From positions 4,170 through 68,169 of the forward strand of contig DASWKF010000103.1 of assembly GCA_036396795.1 (NCBI GenBank): a DNA stretch of 64,000 nucleotides, given 5' to 3'. This DNA comes from Gammaproteobacteria bacterium. Its GTDB lineage: Bacteria; Pseudomonadota; Gammaproteobacteria; Steroidobacterales; Rariloculaceae. Shown here in pieces: positions 1-9,963 of the stretch; within the stretch, counting starts at the first letter, position 1, and the number at the start of each line of letters is the position of its first letter. Position numbers and translations under genes: made by a program. Below the pieces are notes generated by a model, which was given only the letters and a program-made list of their open reading frames with translations, did no database searches and was not told the DNA's origin.

Positions 1-688
1 AAGAATAGAACTCCACGCGGTGCGAGTGCATCGCGTCTCCGGTCACCGATTCGAAGAATTCCAGCGAGTCCGATACCGACTGCACGATCCTCCGGTACTC
101 CTCGACCATCGGCGACCGGCTCATGAACTTGAGATCCCAGTTCTCCGGATGGTGAAGGTCTGCAAAACCGCCGTCGACGAGCGAGCGGATGAAGTTCAGC
201 GTCAACGCCGCGCGCTCGTAACCGCGCAGCATCAATTCGGGATCCGGCTCGCGGTCCGCCGCCGTGAACGGCAGGCGGTTGACCAAGTCGCCGCGGTAGC
301 TCGGCAGCGACTGGCCGTCGCGGGTTTCGAGGTCAGCGCTGCGCGGCTTGGCGTATTGGCCGGCCATGCGGCCGACGCGAATCACGGGCTTGCGCAGACC
401 CATGACCAGCACCAGCGACATCTGCAGCAGAATCTTGAGCTTCTGCACGACGATCTCCGAGGAGCACTCCTCGAAGCTCTCGGCGCAGTCGCCGCCCTGA
501 AGCAGGAAGGCCTCGCCGCGCTGCGCCTTGGCAAGGTGGTCCTTGAGGACCTCGATCTCCCAAGTCGTCACCAGCGGCGGCAGCCGGCTCAAATGCGCGA
601 TGCTGGCCTCGAGCCTGGTCTGATCTCGATACAGCGGCTGCTGCGCGGCTTGTCGTCCCTGCCAGCTTGCGGGATGCCAGTCGCTCAT
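1..688 (-). CDS. 3-deoxy-7-phosphoheptulonate (DAHP) synthase, class II; N-terminal ~229 codons, 3' end runs off the window
   Basis: Absent from the ORF track because there is no stop in the window. The reverse complement from the ATG at 688 reads MSDWHPASWQGRQAAQQPLYRDQTRLEASIAHLSRLPPLVTTWEIEVLKDHLAKAQRGEAFLLQGGDCAESFEEC..., the characteristic class II DAHP synthase N-terminus. Track ORF 20..874 (+) is its antisense shadow. Confidence 0.85.
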   Translation of the reverse strand, partial: MSDWHPASWQGRQAAQQPLYRDQTRLEASIAHLSRLPPLVTTWEIEVLKDHLAKAQRGEAFLLQGGDCAESFEECSSEIVVQKLKILLQMSLVLVMGLRKPVIRVGRMAGQYAKPRSADLETRDGQSLPSYRGDLVNRLPFTAADREPDPELMLRGYERAALTLNFIRSLVDGGFADLHHPENWDLKFMSRSPMVEEYRRIVQSVSDSLEFFESVTGDAMHSHRVEFYS

Positions 689-798
689 GGGGTTCCTCTG
701 CGTCATAGGGCCGCGACTATACACGCCCAGTCGGGCAGCGTAAAAACCGCGGGCCGCGTGAATGGGGCTGCGAGCCGCAAGCCTGCTATGATGCGGCA

Positions 799-2268
799 AT
801 GTTGCCCCGGTCAGCCAGCACCAGATGGGCCCTCGCGGCTGCGACGCTCGGCCTCGGCTGCACGCTGTGGCTGAACGCCCAGGAGCCCGAGCAAACCGAG
901 GGCGAGGCTCCCGGCGAGACCAGGGGCTTGGCGACGCTGCTGGCCGTGCAAGGTGCGATCGGGCCCGCGACGGCGGACTTCCTCGTGCGGGGCATCGAGC
1001 AGGCGCGGGATCGCAACGCCGAGCTCGTCGTCATCGAGATGGACACGCCGGGCGGCTTGGACAGCGCCATGCGCGACATCATCCGCGCGATTCTCGATTC
1101 CAGCGTGCCGGTAGTTACCTACGTCTCGCCGCAAGGCGCGCGCGCCGCGAGCGCCGGCACCTACATTCTCTATGCGAGCCACGTTGCCGCGATGGCGCCC
1201 GCCACCAATCTCGGCGCCGCAACGCCCGTGGCCATCGGCTCGCCCGGCGGCGCGCCCACGCCGAGCCCGTCCGAATCCGACGACGCCGCGGAGCCCGGAA
1301 ACGCGGATGCCGAGACCGACGAGGCCGCGGAACCCGCGGCTGAGGATGCCGAGCCTGCGGAGACGGAGGCGCCCGAGCCCGGCACGGCCATGGAGCGCAA
1401 GGCGATCAACGACGCGGTCGCCTACATTCGCAGTCTCGCCGAGCATCGCGGCAGAAACGCCGACTGGGCCGAGCGTGCCGTGCGCGCCGCCGAGAGTCTG
1501 AGCGCCCGTCAAGCGCTGAACGCGAACGTCATCGATATCGTCGCCGACGATCTCGACGATCTCCTGGAGCAGCTCGACGGCCGGCAGGTCGATCTCGGCG
1601 GCCGCCAAGTGACGCTCGAGACCTCCGGCCTGCTGTTGGAGCGCATCGAGCCCGACTGGCGCACGCAGCTGCTCCAGGTCATCAGCAATCCGACCGTCGC
1701 CTACATGCTCATGCTGCTCGGGATCTACGGCCTGATCTTCGAAGGCTACAACCCCGGCGCCATCGTGCCCGGCGTCGTCGGCGCGATCTCGCTGTTGCTG
1801 GCGCTGTTCGCATTTCAGGTGCTGCCGGTCAACTACGCGGGCCTGGCGCTGATCGCGCTCGGCGTCATCCTCATGATCGCGGAATTCCTCGTGCCGAGCT
1901 TCGGGGCGCTCGGTATGGGCGGTATCGCGGCGTTCGTTTTCGGCTCGGTGATCCTCATGGACTCCGACGTACCAGGCTTCGGCGTTTCCATCCCGTTGAT
2001 CGCGACGATCGCTTCCGCTGGCGCCTTGACACTGCTCGGCATCGTCTGGCTGGCGATGCAATCCCGCGTCCGCCCTGTGGTCAGCGGCGTCGAGGAAATG
2101 ACGCACGCGACCGCGAAAGCCCTCGATGATTTTGCCGCTGAAGGTGCGGTCTGGGCGCACGGCGAGCGCTGGAAAGCGCGCACGAGCGCGCCCGTGAGCA
2201 AGGGCCAGCTACTCAAGATAACCAGAGTCGACGGATTGGTGCTATACGTCGAGCCCGCCGACACATAA
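799..2268 (+). CDS. NfeD-family membrane-bound ClpP-class serine protease (long form)
   Basis: Signal peptide, then a ClpP-like domain ([46 protein letters not shown]), a multi-TM middle and a C-terminal NfeD/OB-like domain. It lies immediately upstream of a stomatin gene, which is the classic operon. Confidence 0.85.
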   Translation: MLPRSASTRWALAAATLGLGCTLWLNAQEPEQTEGEAPGETRGLATLLAVQGAIGPATADFLVRGIEQARDRNAELVVIEMDTPGGLDSAMRDIIRAILDSSVPVVTYVSPQGARAASAGTYILYASHVAAMAPATNLGAATPVAIGSPGGAPTPSPSESDDAAEPGNADAETDEAAEPAAEDAEPAETEAPEPGTAMERKAINDAVAYIRSLAEHRGRNADWAERAVRAAESLSARQALNANVIDIVADDLDDLLEQLDGRQVDLGGRQVTLETSGLLLERIEPDWRTQLLQVISNPTVAYMLMLLGIYGLIFEGYNPGAIVPGVVGAISLLLALFAFQVLPVNYAGLALIALGVILMIAEFLVPSFGALGMGGIAAFVFGSVILMDSDVPGFGVSIPLIATIASAGALTLLGIVWLAMQSRVRPVVSGVEEMTHATAKALDDFAAEGAVWAHGERWKARTSAPVSKGQLLKITRVDGLVLYVEPADT

Positions 2269-2285
2269 AAACACCAGGAGACGCC

Positions 2286-3044
2286 ATGTTTTTCGAACTT
2301 CCCATTCTGCTCATCGCCGCCGCTGCCTTGTTCGTGTTCAGCGCCATCAAGATTCTCAGCGAGTACGAGCGCGGTGTGATCTTTCTCCTCGGGCGCTTTT
2401 GGAAGGTCAAAGGCCCCGGACTGATCATCGTCATTCCCGGCGTCCAGCGGATGGTCCGGGTGGATCTTCGCACCATCGTCATGGATGTGCCGACGCAAGA
2501 CGTGATCTCCCGGGACAACGTCTCGGTCAAGGTCAGCGCGGTGATCTATTTCCGCGTGATGGATCCCGAGAAGGCGATCATTCAGGTCGAGAACCGTGTC
2601 GAGGCCACGAGTCAGCTCGCCCAGACTACGCTGCGCTCGGTGCTCGGTCAGCACGAGCTCGACGACATGCTGGCGGAGCGCGAGACGCTCAATGCGGACA
2701 TCCAGGCGATCCTCGACCAGACGACCGAGACCTGGGGTATCAAGGTCACCAACGTCGAGATCAAGCACGTCGATCTAAACGAGACCATGGTCCGCGCGAT
2801 CGCCGCCCAGGCCGAGGCCGAGCGCTCCCGCCGGGCCAAGGTCATCCATGCCGAGGGCGAGTTTCAGGCTTCACAGCGGCTCGCCGAGGCGGCCAAGATC
2901 CTGGCGGCCCATCCGCAGGCGATGCAGCTGCGCTACATGCAGACCCTCACGGAGATCGCCAACGAGAAGAACAGCACCACGATCCTGTTCCCATTACCGA
3001 TGGATTTGATCAAGCCGTTTCTGGACAAGGTCGACGGCACCTAG
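2286..3044 (+). CDS. SPFH/band-7 (stomatin-like, slipin) protein
   Basis: N-terminal TM helix followed by [13 protein letters not shown]...[32 protein letters not shown]...[21 protein letters not shown], a typical prokaryotic stomatin. Confidence 0.9.
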   Translation: MFFELPILLIAAAALFVFSAIKILSEYERGVIFLLGRFWKVKGPGLIIVIPGVQRMVRVDLRTIVMDVPTQDVISRDNVSVKVSAVIYFRVMDPEKAIIQVENRVEATSQLAQTTLRSVLGQHELDDMLAERETLNADIQAILDQTTETWGIKVTNVEIKHVDLNETMVRAIAAQAEAERSRRAKVIHAEGEFQASQRLAEAAKILAAHPQAMQLRYMQTLTEIANEKNSTTILFPLPMDLIKPFLDKVDGT

Positions 3045-3111
3045 ACCGGCCGGATGCGTATATAAATCAATATATTTATTAGAATCCTACAATAATTTCC
3101 TAGAATAAATC

Positions 3112-4533
3112 TCAGGTACTGTCGCGATTCGATTTTGAGGCAAGCTCCGTGGCGGGCCCGCTGCCGACCCGCCCGAGCCGAATCGTCACTCGGGCGCCTC
3201 CGAGCGTCGAGCGACCGACGTCGAGCCGTCCCTGATAGAGCTCTACGATCTCCCGAACGACCGCAAGCCCGATACCCTGGCCCGGGACCGACTCGTCGGC
3301 GCGCGTGCCTCTTTGCATCAGGCCCTCGACCTGTGCCTCGCTCACGCCGCTGCCGCCGTCCTCGACCACCAATGTCAGGCCGCCTGCGACGTTGCGTGCC
3401 GTCACGCGCACCTCGCGGCGGCCGAACTTGTAGGCATTCTCCATGATGTTGCCGGCAACCTCGGTGAAATCGCCTGGATCTCCCATAAAAATCGTTCCGG
3501 GAGGAGCGTCGATGGTGGTAGCGATGCCTTTGTCACGGTACACCTTGTCGAGGGTCAACTTCAGGTCGTCGAGAATCGCTGCGATCTTGACGGGCTCGAG
3601 CCCGAGGCCCGTGGCACCGGACGCGCGTGCGCGTCTGAGCTGGTAGGTGACACGTTTCTCCATGCGGTCCACGGCCTGGACCAGCTCGTCGCGGGACTCG
3701 ATCAGGGGAATGCCGGCGCCGAGCAGGCTCCGCATCACCGCCAACGGCGTTTTGAGACTGTGAGCCAGATCGTCGAGCGTGTTGCGATAGCGGGATTGGC
3801 GGCGCCGCTCGGTGGCGATCAATGCATTGAGGTTCCGAGCCAGGCCCTGCAACTCGGACGGATAGCGGCCGCTGAGCTCCGGGCGGCGGCCAGCCTCGAT
3901 CTCACCGACTTGGGCTTCGAGCATGCCGACGGGCTTAAGCACGCGGCGCAAGAGGCCGGCGATCACGACGAGCATCGCGATGGTCATGCCCGCGAACCAG
4001 CCGATCAAGTTGAGCCGAAAGGCGCGCTGGCGCTGTTCGTACGGCTCCAGAGACACCGCCGTTCCGAGCGCGAAGGTCGCTAGCTTGCCGTCGGCGATCT
4101 CCCAGCTGATGCCCGTCAGCAAGCCGCGCCCGGGCGGCAGCCCCAGCAAGTCGATAGCGACGTAGCGCCGCTCGCCCGGCGCGGGCAAGGGGCCGGGATC
4201 GATTTCGTGGTCGAGCAGCGACGGCGACTGCCAGATGCGCTCTCCGCGGCTGTTCCAAAGTGCCGCATACACCCCCGACTCGGCGACGTAGAACTGCGGG
4301 TCGGCGGCCTCCTCGGGCAATGTCAGGCCGAGCACGGGATCGGGCTCGGCAAGCGCGATCAGGCCTAAGATCTGCGCATTGAGCAGCTCATCGAGCGCCC
4401 TCTCGGTGTTGCGTTGAAAGGTGACGTCGAGCGCGGCGATGGTGATCCCGAACAAGACCACGAGCACGACGCTGACCCCGAGGAGCACGCGCGCCCTCAG
4501 GGATTCGAGCCAATGCGGGGCGTTCGACTCCAT
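3112..4533 (-). CDS. Sensor histidine kinase (PhoQ/QseC-like architecture)
   Basis: Two TM segments flank a periplasmic domain. H-box LAHSLKTPLAVM and HATPase_c motifs (EDGGSGV...GQGIGLAVV). Located downstream of the response regulator gene. Confidence 0.85.
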   Translation of the reverse strand: MESNAPHWLESLRARVLLGVSVVLVVLFGITIAALDVTFQRNTERALDELLNAQILGLIALAEPDPVLGLTLPEEAADPQFYVAESGVYAALWNSRGERIWQSPSLLDHEIDPGPLPAPGERRYVAIDLLGLPPGRGLLTGISWEIADGKLATFALGTAVSLEPYEQRQRAFRLNLIGWFAGMTIAMLVVIAGLLRRVLKPVGMLEAQVGEIEAGRRPELSGRYPSELQGLARNLNALIATERRRQSRYRNTLDDLAHSLKTPLAVMRSLLGAGIPLIESRDELVQAVDRMEKRVTYQLRRARASGATGLGLEPVKIAAILDDLKLTLDKVYRDKGIATTIDAPPGTIFMGDPGDFTEVAGNIMENAYKFGRREVRVTARNVAGGLTLVVEDGGSGVSEAQVEGLMQRGTRADESVPGQGIGLAVVREIVELYQGRLDVGRSTLGGARVTIRLGRVGSGPATELASKSNRDST

Positions 4534-4568
4534 GAGCTGCCGCCGGGCGCCGCCGCGAGGCTCGGCGC

Positions 4569-5276
4569 CTATCCCACCTGCTCGGACGAGCTCTCGCCCT
4601 GCCCCCTCGGCAGGCTCATACGGTAGCCGCGCCCTCGCAGCGTTTCAATCGGCTGATGGCGGCCCTCGGGGTCGAGCTTCTTACGCAGCCGGCCTATGAA
4701 GACTTCGATGACGTTGCTGTCGCGCTCGAAATCCTGGTCGTAGAGCGCCTCGGTGATCTGCGTCTTTGAGACGACCTCGCCGGCGTGCAGCATCAGGTAT
4801 TCGAGCAGACGATATTCGAAGCTCGTGAGGCTCAGCGGCTCGCCGTCGACGGTCACCTCTTGCGAGCGTGTGTCGAGCCGCAGGTGCCCACAAACGAGCT
4901 CGGATTGCGCCCAACCGCCGGCGCGCCGCAAAAGCGCGTCGACGCGCGCAAGCAATTCCTCGACATGCACTGGCTTGACGACGTAGTCGTCGGCGCCGAA
5001 CTTGAGCGCCTCGACCTTGTCCTGCCAGCGGTCGCGTGCCGTCAGCACCAGCACCGGATAGACCTTGCCGGCGCTCCTGAGCTGCTTGATGATCTCCACG
5101 CCCGAAAGGGTGGGCAGTCCCAGATCGATGATCGCGAGATCCAGAGGGTATTCGGTCGCGTAATACAGCCCCTCGCGCCCGTCCTCGGCGCGGTCGACGG
5201 CGTAGCCGGCCTGCTCGAGCTGGGCCGCCAGCGAACGGTTCAAAACCTGGTCGTCTTCGACTAGCAGCAGGCGCAT
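4569..5276 (-). CDS. OmpR/PhoB-family response regulator
   Basis: MRLLLVEDD...DLAIIDLGLP...VLVLTARD...DDYVVKP receiver domain plus a winged-helix output (LTSFEYRLLEYLM...IETLRGRGYR). Confidence 0.9.
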   Translation of the reverse strand: MRLLLVEDDQVLNRSLAAQLEQAGYAVDRAEDGREGLYYATEYPLDLAIIDLGLPTLSGVEIIKQLRSAGKVYPVLVLTARDRWQDKVEALKFGADDYVVKPVHVEELLARVDALLRRAGGWAQSELVCGHLRLDTRSQEVTVDGEPLSLTSFEYRLLEYLMLHAGEVVSKTQITEALYDQDFERDSNVIEVFIGRLRKKLDPEGRHQPIETLRGRGYRMSLPRGQGESSSEQVG

Positions 5277-5304
5277 CTCACCGGTTCCGCAAAGCGTTTG
5301 CGCG

Positions 5305-5610
5305 TTAGAGGAAGGCCCCGGTCTGGGCGTCGATGCGGACGTCTCGGACTCGGCCGTCGACTCCCGCGATGCGAACCTGATGCACGCGGCGCCCGTTGCG
5401 CATGCGAGTCTCGGCGCGCACGACCGTTCCAGGAAACCGTTCCACGGCCATTGCTCTCGCTTGCGACAGGCTTACTCCTTCGGCTATCGGCTGGAGCTCC
5501 GCGCCGAGCTGCGCGAGGCGATACTCGCCCTCGACGGGCCACGCCCATCCCGCGGGATGCGCGGCGATCGTCGTCAAGAGCAACAAAGATACGAGTAGGC
5601 CACGGCCCAT
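5305..5610 (-). CDS. PepSY domain-containing periplasmic protein
   Basis: Signal peptide and a single PepSY-like domain (SLSQARAMAVERFPGTVVRAETRMRNGRRVHQVRI...RIDAQTGAF). PepSY genes commonly precede two-component pairs of this type. Confidence 0.7.
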   Translation of the reverse strand: MGRGLLVSLLLLTTIAAHPAGWAWPVEGEYRLAQLGAELQPIAEGVSLSQARAMAVERFPGTVVRAETRMRNGRRVHQVRIAGVDGRVRDVRIDAQTGAFL

Positions 5611-5759
5611 TCAGATCCACCTCTCTCGTGCCGTCCTCGGCATGCAGCTTGGATTTCATGCCCGCTCCCGTCAAGGACCGCCGCGGCATTCCTGCGCGAT
5701 TGGGGAGCAGCTTAGGTGCGCGCGGCTGAATCTTCGCTGAACGGAGAGCCGTCTCGTGC

Positions 5760-7352
5760 CTAGCTCGTCTGGAGCTCGGCCCAGCGAGCCGCCCGCCCCG
5801 TGGACGGCTCCCGGGCCCGCTCATGAGCGACGATATTTAACATCTTCTCGGTCGCAATGACGGCCGCCGCGGTCTGATCGGAATCGACCCCGAGCGTCGA
5901 GAACTCTCCCGACAGCTCGTCGCTGCGCCAGCGGATGAGGGTCTCGACCAGGGCTTCGGTGCGTCCGCCGGGCGGGATGCGGACGCGGTAGTCGGTGAGC
6001 TGTGGCAGCCTGATACCGAGCTTCGCCGCGGCTTCGCCGAGCGCGTTCATGAAAGCATCGTAGCCGCCGTCGCCGGTGCCCGAGGCTTCGATGCGCTCGC
6101 TGCCGAAGGACAGCAACACGTCGGCGGAAGGCGGCCCGTCGGAAGCGACGTTGATGCGATAGCGCTCGATCCGCACCGCGTGCTCGGCCGGGCTCTTGAT
6201 GACGTCCGCGATGATCATCAGAAGGTCCTCGGGCACGACCGTATGTTTCTTGTCGCCGAGCTCGATGATGCGCTCGAGTACCTTCTTGCGGTTTTCCTCG
6301 GAAAGCGAGACGCCGAGCCGCTCGAGGTTGTGGTCGAGCGAGGCCTTCCCCGAAAGCTTGCCGAGCGCGTAGCGGCGCTCTCTGCCGAAACGCTGCGGCG
6401 CGAGCCGTGTCACATAGAGGTTGCCCTTGGCATCGCCGTCGGCGTGAACTCCTGCCGTCTGCGTAAACACGTCGCTGCCGAGTATCGGCGCATTGGCAGC
6501 GACGTTCTTGCCGCTGAAAGTCTCCACCAGGCTCGAAACCGCGGCGAGCCGCGACTCCTTGACTGCGGTGGCGAAGACCGTGTGATCGCTGATGGCCGCC
6601 ACGATCTCGGCCAGCGAGGTATTGCCGGCCCTCTCTCCGAGGCCGTTGACGCTGGTATGCACGCCGCTCGCGCCCGCATGCACTGCGGCCAAGGCGTTGG
6701 CCGTCGCAAGCCCGTAGTCGTTGTGGCCGTGAAAATCGAACTCGATCCCGGGCCATTTCGAGGTCATGAGCCCGAAGTACTTCGAGACGTCCGGCGGCGC
6801 GAGCACACCCAGCGTGTCGGCCAAGTACAGGTGCCGCACGCCGGCGGCTAGGAGCGCCTCGACGATCTGCTCGACGTAGGCCGCATTGTCGCGAATGCCG
6901 TTCGACCAATCCTCGAGGTACGCATTTACCTCCAGATCTCGAGCGTGCGCGTGACGCACCGTGGCCTCAATCTGCCCGATATGCTCGTCCGGGCTGACCT
7001 GAAGCTGACTTCGACAGTGCTGCTCGGATCCTTTGACGAGCAGATTCATGACGCGCCCGCCGACGGCGACGATCCAGTCGGCGGAGCGCTCCCCGTCGCA
7101 GAAGCCGAGGATCTCGATGCGGTCCGTGAAGCCGCTCTCGGCGCCCCACTCCATGACGCGCATCGCGGCCTGGCGCTCGCCTTCCGAGACCCGCGCCGAG
7201 GCAATCTCGATCCGGTCGACGCCGACATCGGCGAGCAGCATGCGGGCGACGTGCAGTTTCTCGGACGGCGTGTAGGCGATCCCGGGCGTCTGCTCACCGT
7301 CCCTGAGCGTGGTATCCATGATGGAGATGAGCTTTTTCTCGCCGGAGGTCAT
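5760..7352 (-). CDS. LeuA-family synthase, citramalate synthase (CimA)-type / 2-isopropylmalate synthase
   Basis: IMDTTLRDGEQTPGIAY, HGHNDYGLATANALAAVHAGASGVHTSVNGLGERAGN (HMGL-like TIM barrel) plus a C-terminal LeuA-dimer regulatory domain. The ~530 aa length fits the CimA-like subgroup. Substrate cannot be decided from sequence alone. Confidence 0.85.
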   Translation of the reverse strand: MTSGEKKLISIMDTTLRDGEQTPGIAYTPSEKLHVARMLLADVGVDRIEIASARVSEGERQAAMRVMEWGAESGFTDRIEILGFCDGERSADWIVAVGGRVMNLLVKGSEQHCRSQLQVSPDEHIGQIEATVRHAHARDLEVNAYLEDWSNGIRDNAAYVEQIVEALLAAGVRHLYLADTLGVLAPPDVSKYFGLMTSKWPGIEFDFHGHNDYGLATANALAAVHAGASGVHTSVNGLGERAGNTSLAEIVAAISDHTVFATAVKESRLAAVSSLVETFSGKNVAANAPILGSDVFTQTAGVHADGDAKGNLYVTRLAPQRFGRERRYALGKLSGKASLDHNLERLGVSLSEENRKKVLERIIELGDKKHTVVPEDLLMIIADVIKSPAEHAVRIERYRINVASDGPPSADVLLSFGSERIEASGTGDGGYDAFMNALGEAAAKLGIRLPQLTDYRVRIPPGGRTEALVETLIRWRSDELSGEFSTLGVDSDQTAAAVIATEKMLNIVAHERAREPSTGRAARWAELQTS

Positions 7353-7422
7353 CTGTGCTCTCGCCGTCGGTCACGGCAGTCATGCTGCCGAAAGGCCTGC
7401 GGATTCTAGTGGAATCGGGCTC

Positions 7423-8082
7423 CTACTGCGCGATCGCCGTAAGCTCGTCGAAGCGGGTATGCAGCAGCCGCGCCCAGCGCCGGACGAGTTGCCGCATCTG
7501 CTCCGGGAGCAAACCGCTGTCGACGATCTCTTGGACGCGCTCCCGTTCGACCGTGCGCGCGAGGATATCGTCGCTCATGGAGTCGCGCAGCTCCAGGACG
7601 ATGGTCGTTTCCCAGCTCAGATTCTGGATGAATGCGGTGCCGGTCTCCGCCGGCGGCAGGTCCGAGGACACGTCGACGAGGAAGCCCTGCACCATCAACA
7701 CCGAACGGCCGGGCACGGCCGATACGGCGTATCCGGCCACGCTCGAGAGCTCCTGGAGGAGCGTCTCTTGGAAATAACCGCGCATCTGGAGCTTGAGGTC
7801 GTCGCTGATCGGGAATTCCGTCTGCTGAATGAGTCGCCCGGCGCGATTGCCGCCCCCGCCACCGGCATTGAAGGACACGCCGGTCGGTCGCAGATACAGC
7901 GCGTCATAAGCGCTCAGGTCGAGATCGGGCACGACCCAGGCGGCATCCATGATCGATTCGGCGACGCGGTGCAGCCCGTCCTCGGTGATCTCGGCGTTGG
8001 CCCCCGTCTCCAGCAGCGGCTGCGCGCCGGCGCCGCAGGGGAGCCAGAGCGTCAAAGCGACAGCTGCCGCTCGGCGCGCCAC
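7423..8082 (-). CDS. Secreted hypothetical protein (possibly DUF3313-like)
   Basis: Signal peptide (AVALTLWLPCGAGAQ). No catalytic motif. The segment DLDLSAYDALYLRPTGVSF resembles DUF3313 lipoproteins as I remember them. The family call is weak. Confidence 0.5.
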   Translation of the reverse strand: MARRAAAVALTLWLPCGAGAQPLLETGANAEITEDGLHRVAESIMDAAWVVPDLDLSAYDALYLRPTGVSFNAGGGGGNRAGRLIQQTEFPISDDLKLQMRGYFQETLLQELSSVAGYAVSAVPGRSVLMVQGFLVDVSSDLPPAETGTAFIQNLSWETTIVLELRDSMSDDILARTVERERVQEIVDSGLLPEQMRQLVRRWARLLHTRFDELTAIAQ

Positions 8083-8085
8083 GAG

Positions 8086-9012
8086 CTACACCGTTCCCAT
8101 GTGCTCGGCCATGCGGCGTCGCATTGCGGCGTCCGGCAGCGCGCCCATGCCGGCGCGGGCGTTGTCGAGCATGTGCCGTGGGTCGCTGGTCGCGGCGAGC
8201 ACGCAGGTCACGCCGGCTTGACCGAGTATGTACTTCAGCGAAAACTGCGCCCAGCTTTCGCATTCGACCTCCGCCGCCCAGTTGGGCAGCGCCTTGCCGC
8301 GCAACCTGCTGAAATAGGCGCCGTTACCGAAAGCGCTGTTGATCATGACCGCGACACCGTGATCCGCGGCCGCGGGAATGACCCGCTCCTCGGCAAGCGT
8401 CTGCACGACCGAATAGTCCACTTGGATGAAATCGACGTGGCCCTGCTTGACGAATTCCTCGACAACGTCGTAGCCGGTTCCGCCGTAGGTGGTGATGCCG
8501 ATGTGGCGCACACGGCCGCTGTCCTTCCAATGACGCAGGTTCTCGACCTGCGTGTGCACGTCCTCGAGGCTGTGAACCATTAGCGCGTCCAGCGGTTCCT
8601 TGCCGAGCAGCTCGTTGGACTGCGAGAGCGACTGTAAGCCTGCCTGCCGTCCGGTGCGTTTGACCTTCGAGCAGAGGAAGATGTGCTTCTTGAGCTCCAT
8701 CTCGTCGAGGAATTTTCCGAGCAGGGCCTCGGCATCGCCGTAACCGGGCGCGGTATCGATGATGGTGCCGCCCTGCTCGACCAGCGTGGAGATGACGGCT
8801 TTGAGCTCCTCATCGCCGTCGTCGGGCACGAACTCGAACTCGTCCGATGTCCCGAGGCCGACGACCGGCAGCATTTCGCCGGTGCGTGGAATCGGCCGCA
8901 AGAGCATGCGCACGTTCTGGGCACGCGGCGCGCGCGTGGCGAGGAGCCCCAAGCTTGCGGCGGCCGAGCACTGCAGCACGAACGCTCGACGATCCAACTT
9001 CAGTCCGCTCAC
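8086..9012 (-). CDS. Aldo/keto reductase with twin-arginine (Tat) signal
   Basis: N-terminal DRRAFVLQCSAAASLGLLATRAPRAQ, then an AKR fold (IDTAPGYGDAEALLGKFL, VHSLED, RHIGITTY). Confidence 0.85.
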   Translation of the reverse strand: MSGLKLDRRAFVLQCSAAASLGLLATRAPRAQNVRMLLRPIPRTGEMLPVVGLGTSDEFEFVPDDGDEELKAVISTLVEQGGTIIDTAPGYGDAEALLGKFLDEMELKKHIFLCSKVKRTGRQAGLQSLSQSNELLGKEPLDALMVHSLEDVHTQVENLRHWKDSGRVRHIGITTYGGTGYDVVEEFVKQGHVDFIQVDYSVVQTLAEERVIPAAADHGVAVMINSAFGNGAYFSRLRGKALPNWAAEVECESWAQFSLKYILGQAGVTCVLAATSDPRHMLDNARAGMGALPDAAMRRRMAEHMGTV

Positions 9013-9110
9013 ACCGTCTCCCGTACTCGAGCGCCCGAAAGCTGCGCTAAGAGTATCACGCGCGAGGATCGCGCAAAACCTTTTGCGCGGTCGAGAATGT
9101 CCTGTAATTC

Positions 9111-9926
9111 ATGAGCTTAGAAGCAAGATCAGCGTTTCCCGGCTCTGCCGCGCCGTGGTATTCTGCCGCCGTGGACCCGTCGCGCCGCCGCCCATCGCCA
9201 GGTCACCTGACATTGCTGCTGTTGCTCGCAGCCGGGACCGCCTGCGCGCAGGGCTGGGGCCGGCGTTTCTACTTCGAGCCCAACTCGAACAACCCGCCCG
9301 CGACCGAGCTCATCGCCGCACGTTGGCGATTCAGCACCAACGGCATGATCGGCCACACCGGCTGGTCCCACAACTATCCGTACTCCGAGCAGCACTTGAA
9401 CGAGTTCGTCGACAACACGACGCGCATCGACGTCCAGCCGGAGTCGTACCAACTACTGGATCTCGGCACGAACGATATTTTCGATCACCCGTTCACCTAT
9501 GTGTCCGAGCCGGGCGAGATGGACCTCACACCGCAGGAAGCCGAGAACCTCAGGGAGTATGTTCTCCGTGGCGGGTTCATTCTCATCGACGATTTCGACG
9601 GCCCTTGGCAGCTCAGCAATTTTCAGGCGCAGATGCGCAACGTGTTCCCCGAGCGCGGCTTCATGCCGCTGACCATCGAGAACCCGATCTTCGATCTCGT
9701 CTTCGGCCTCGAGGACCTGATGGGAACGGCGGACTACAATCCCGGCAGCGACCCCGTCTTCCTAGGGCTTCAAACCGACCAGGGCCACCTTGCCAGCGTC
9801 GCCTGCTTCAACAACGATCTCGCAAATTTCTGGGACCGTATCGATCAGGGAAGCTATCCGCTGCGGCCCTCGAGCGACGCGTTTCGCATGGGTATCAACT
9901 TCATCGTCTACGCGATGACGCACTGA
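9111..9926 (+). CDS. DUF4159-like exported protein
   Basis: Signal peptide. GWSHNYPYSEQHLNEFV...IFDHPFTYVSEPGEMDLTPQEAENLREYVLRGGFILIDDF matches my recollection of DUF4159 (class I glutamine-amidotransferase-like fold). Unverified. Confidence 0.6.
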   Translation: MSLEARSAFPGSAAPWYSAAVDPSRRRPSPGHLTLLLLLAAGTACAQGWGRRFYFEPNSNNPPATELIAARWRFSTNGMIGHTGWSHNYPYSEQHLNEFVDNTTRIDVQPESYQLLDLGTNDIFDHPFTYVSEPGEMDLTPQEAENLREYVLRGGFILIDDFDGPWQLSNFQAQMRNVFPERGFMPLTIENPIFDLVFGLEDLMGTADYNPGSDPVFLGLQTDQGHLASVACFNNDLANFWDRIDQGSYPLRPSSDAFRMGINFIVYAMTH

Positions 9927-9963
9927 CGCTTCGCACTCCGCAGGAAGACGCGGGCGCGTTCGG

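Noticed and set aside
20-874. 284-aa plus-strand ORF at the left edge
   Set aside because: It is the antisense shadow of a clearly recognisable class II DAHP synthase on the minus strand. It is Arg/Ala/His-rich with no motif.
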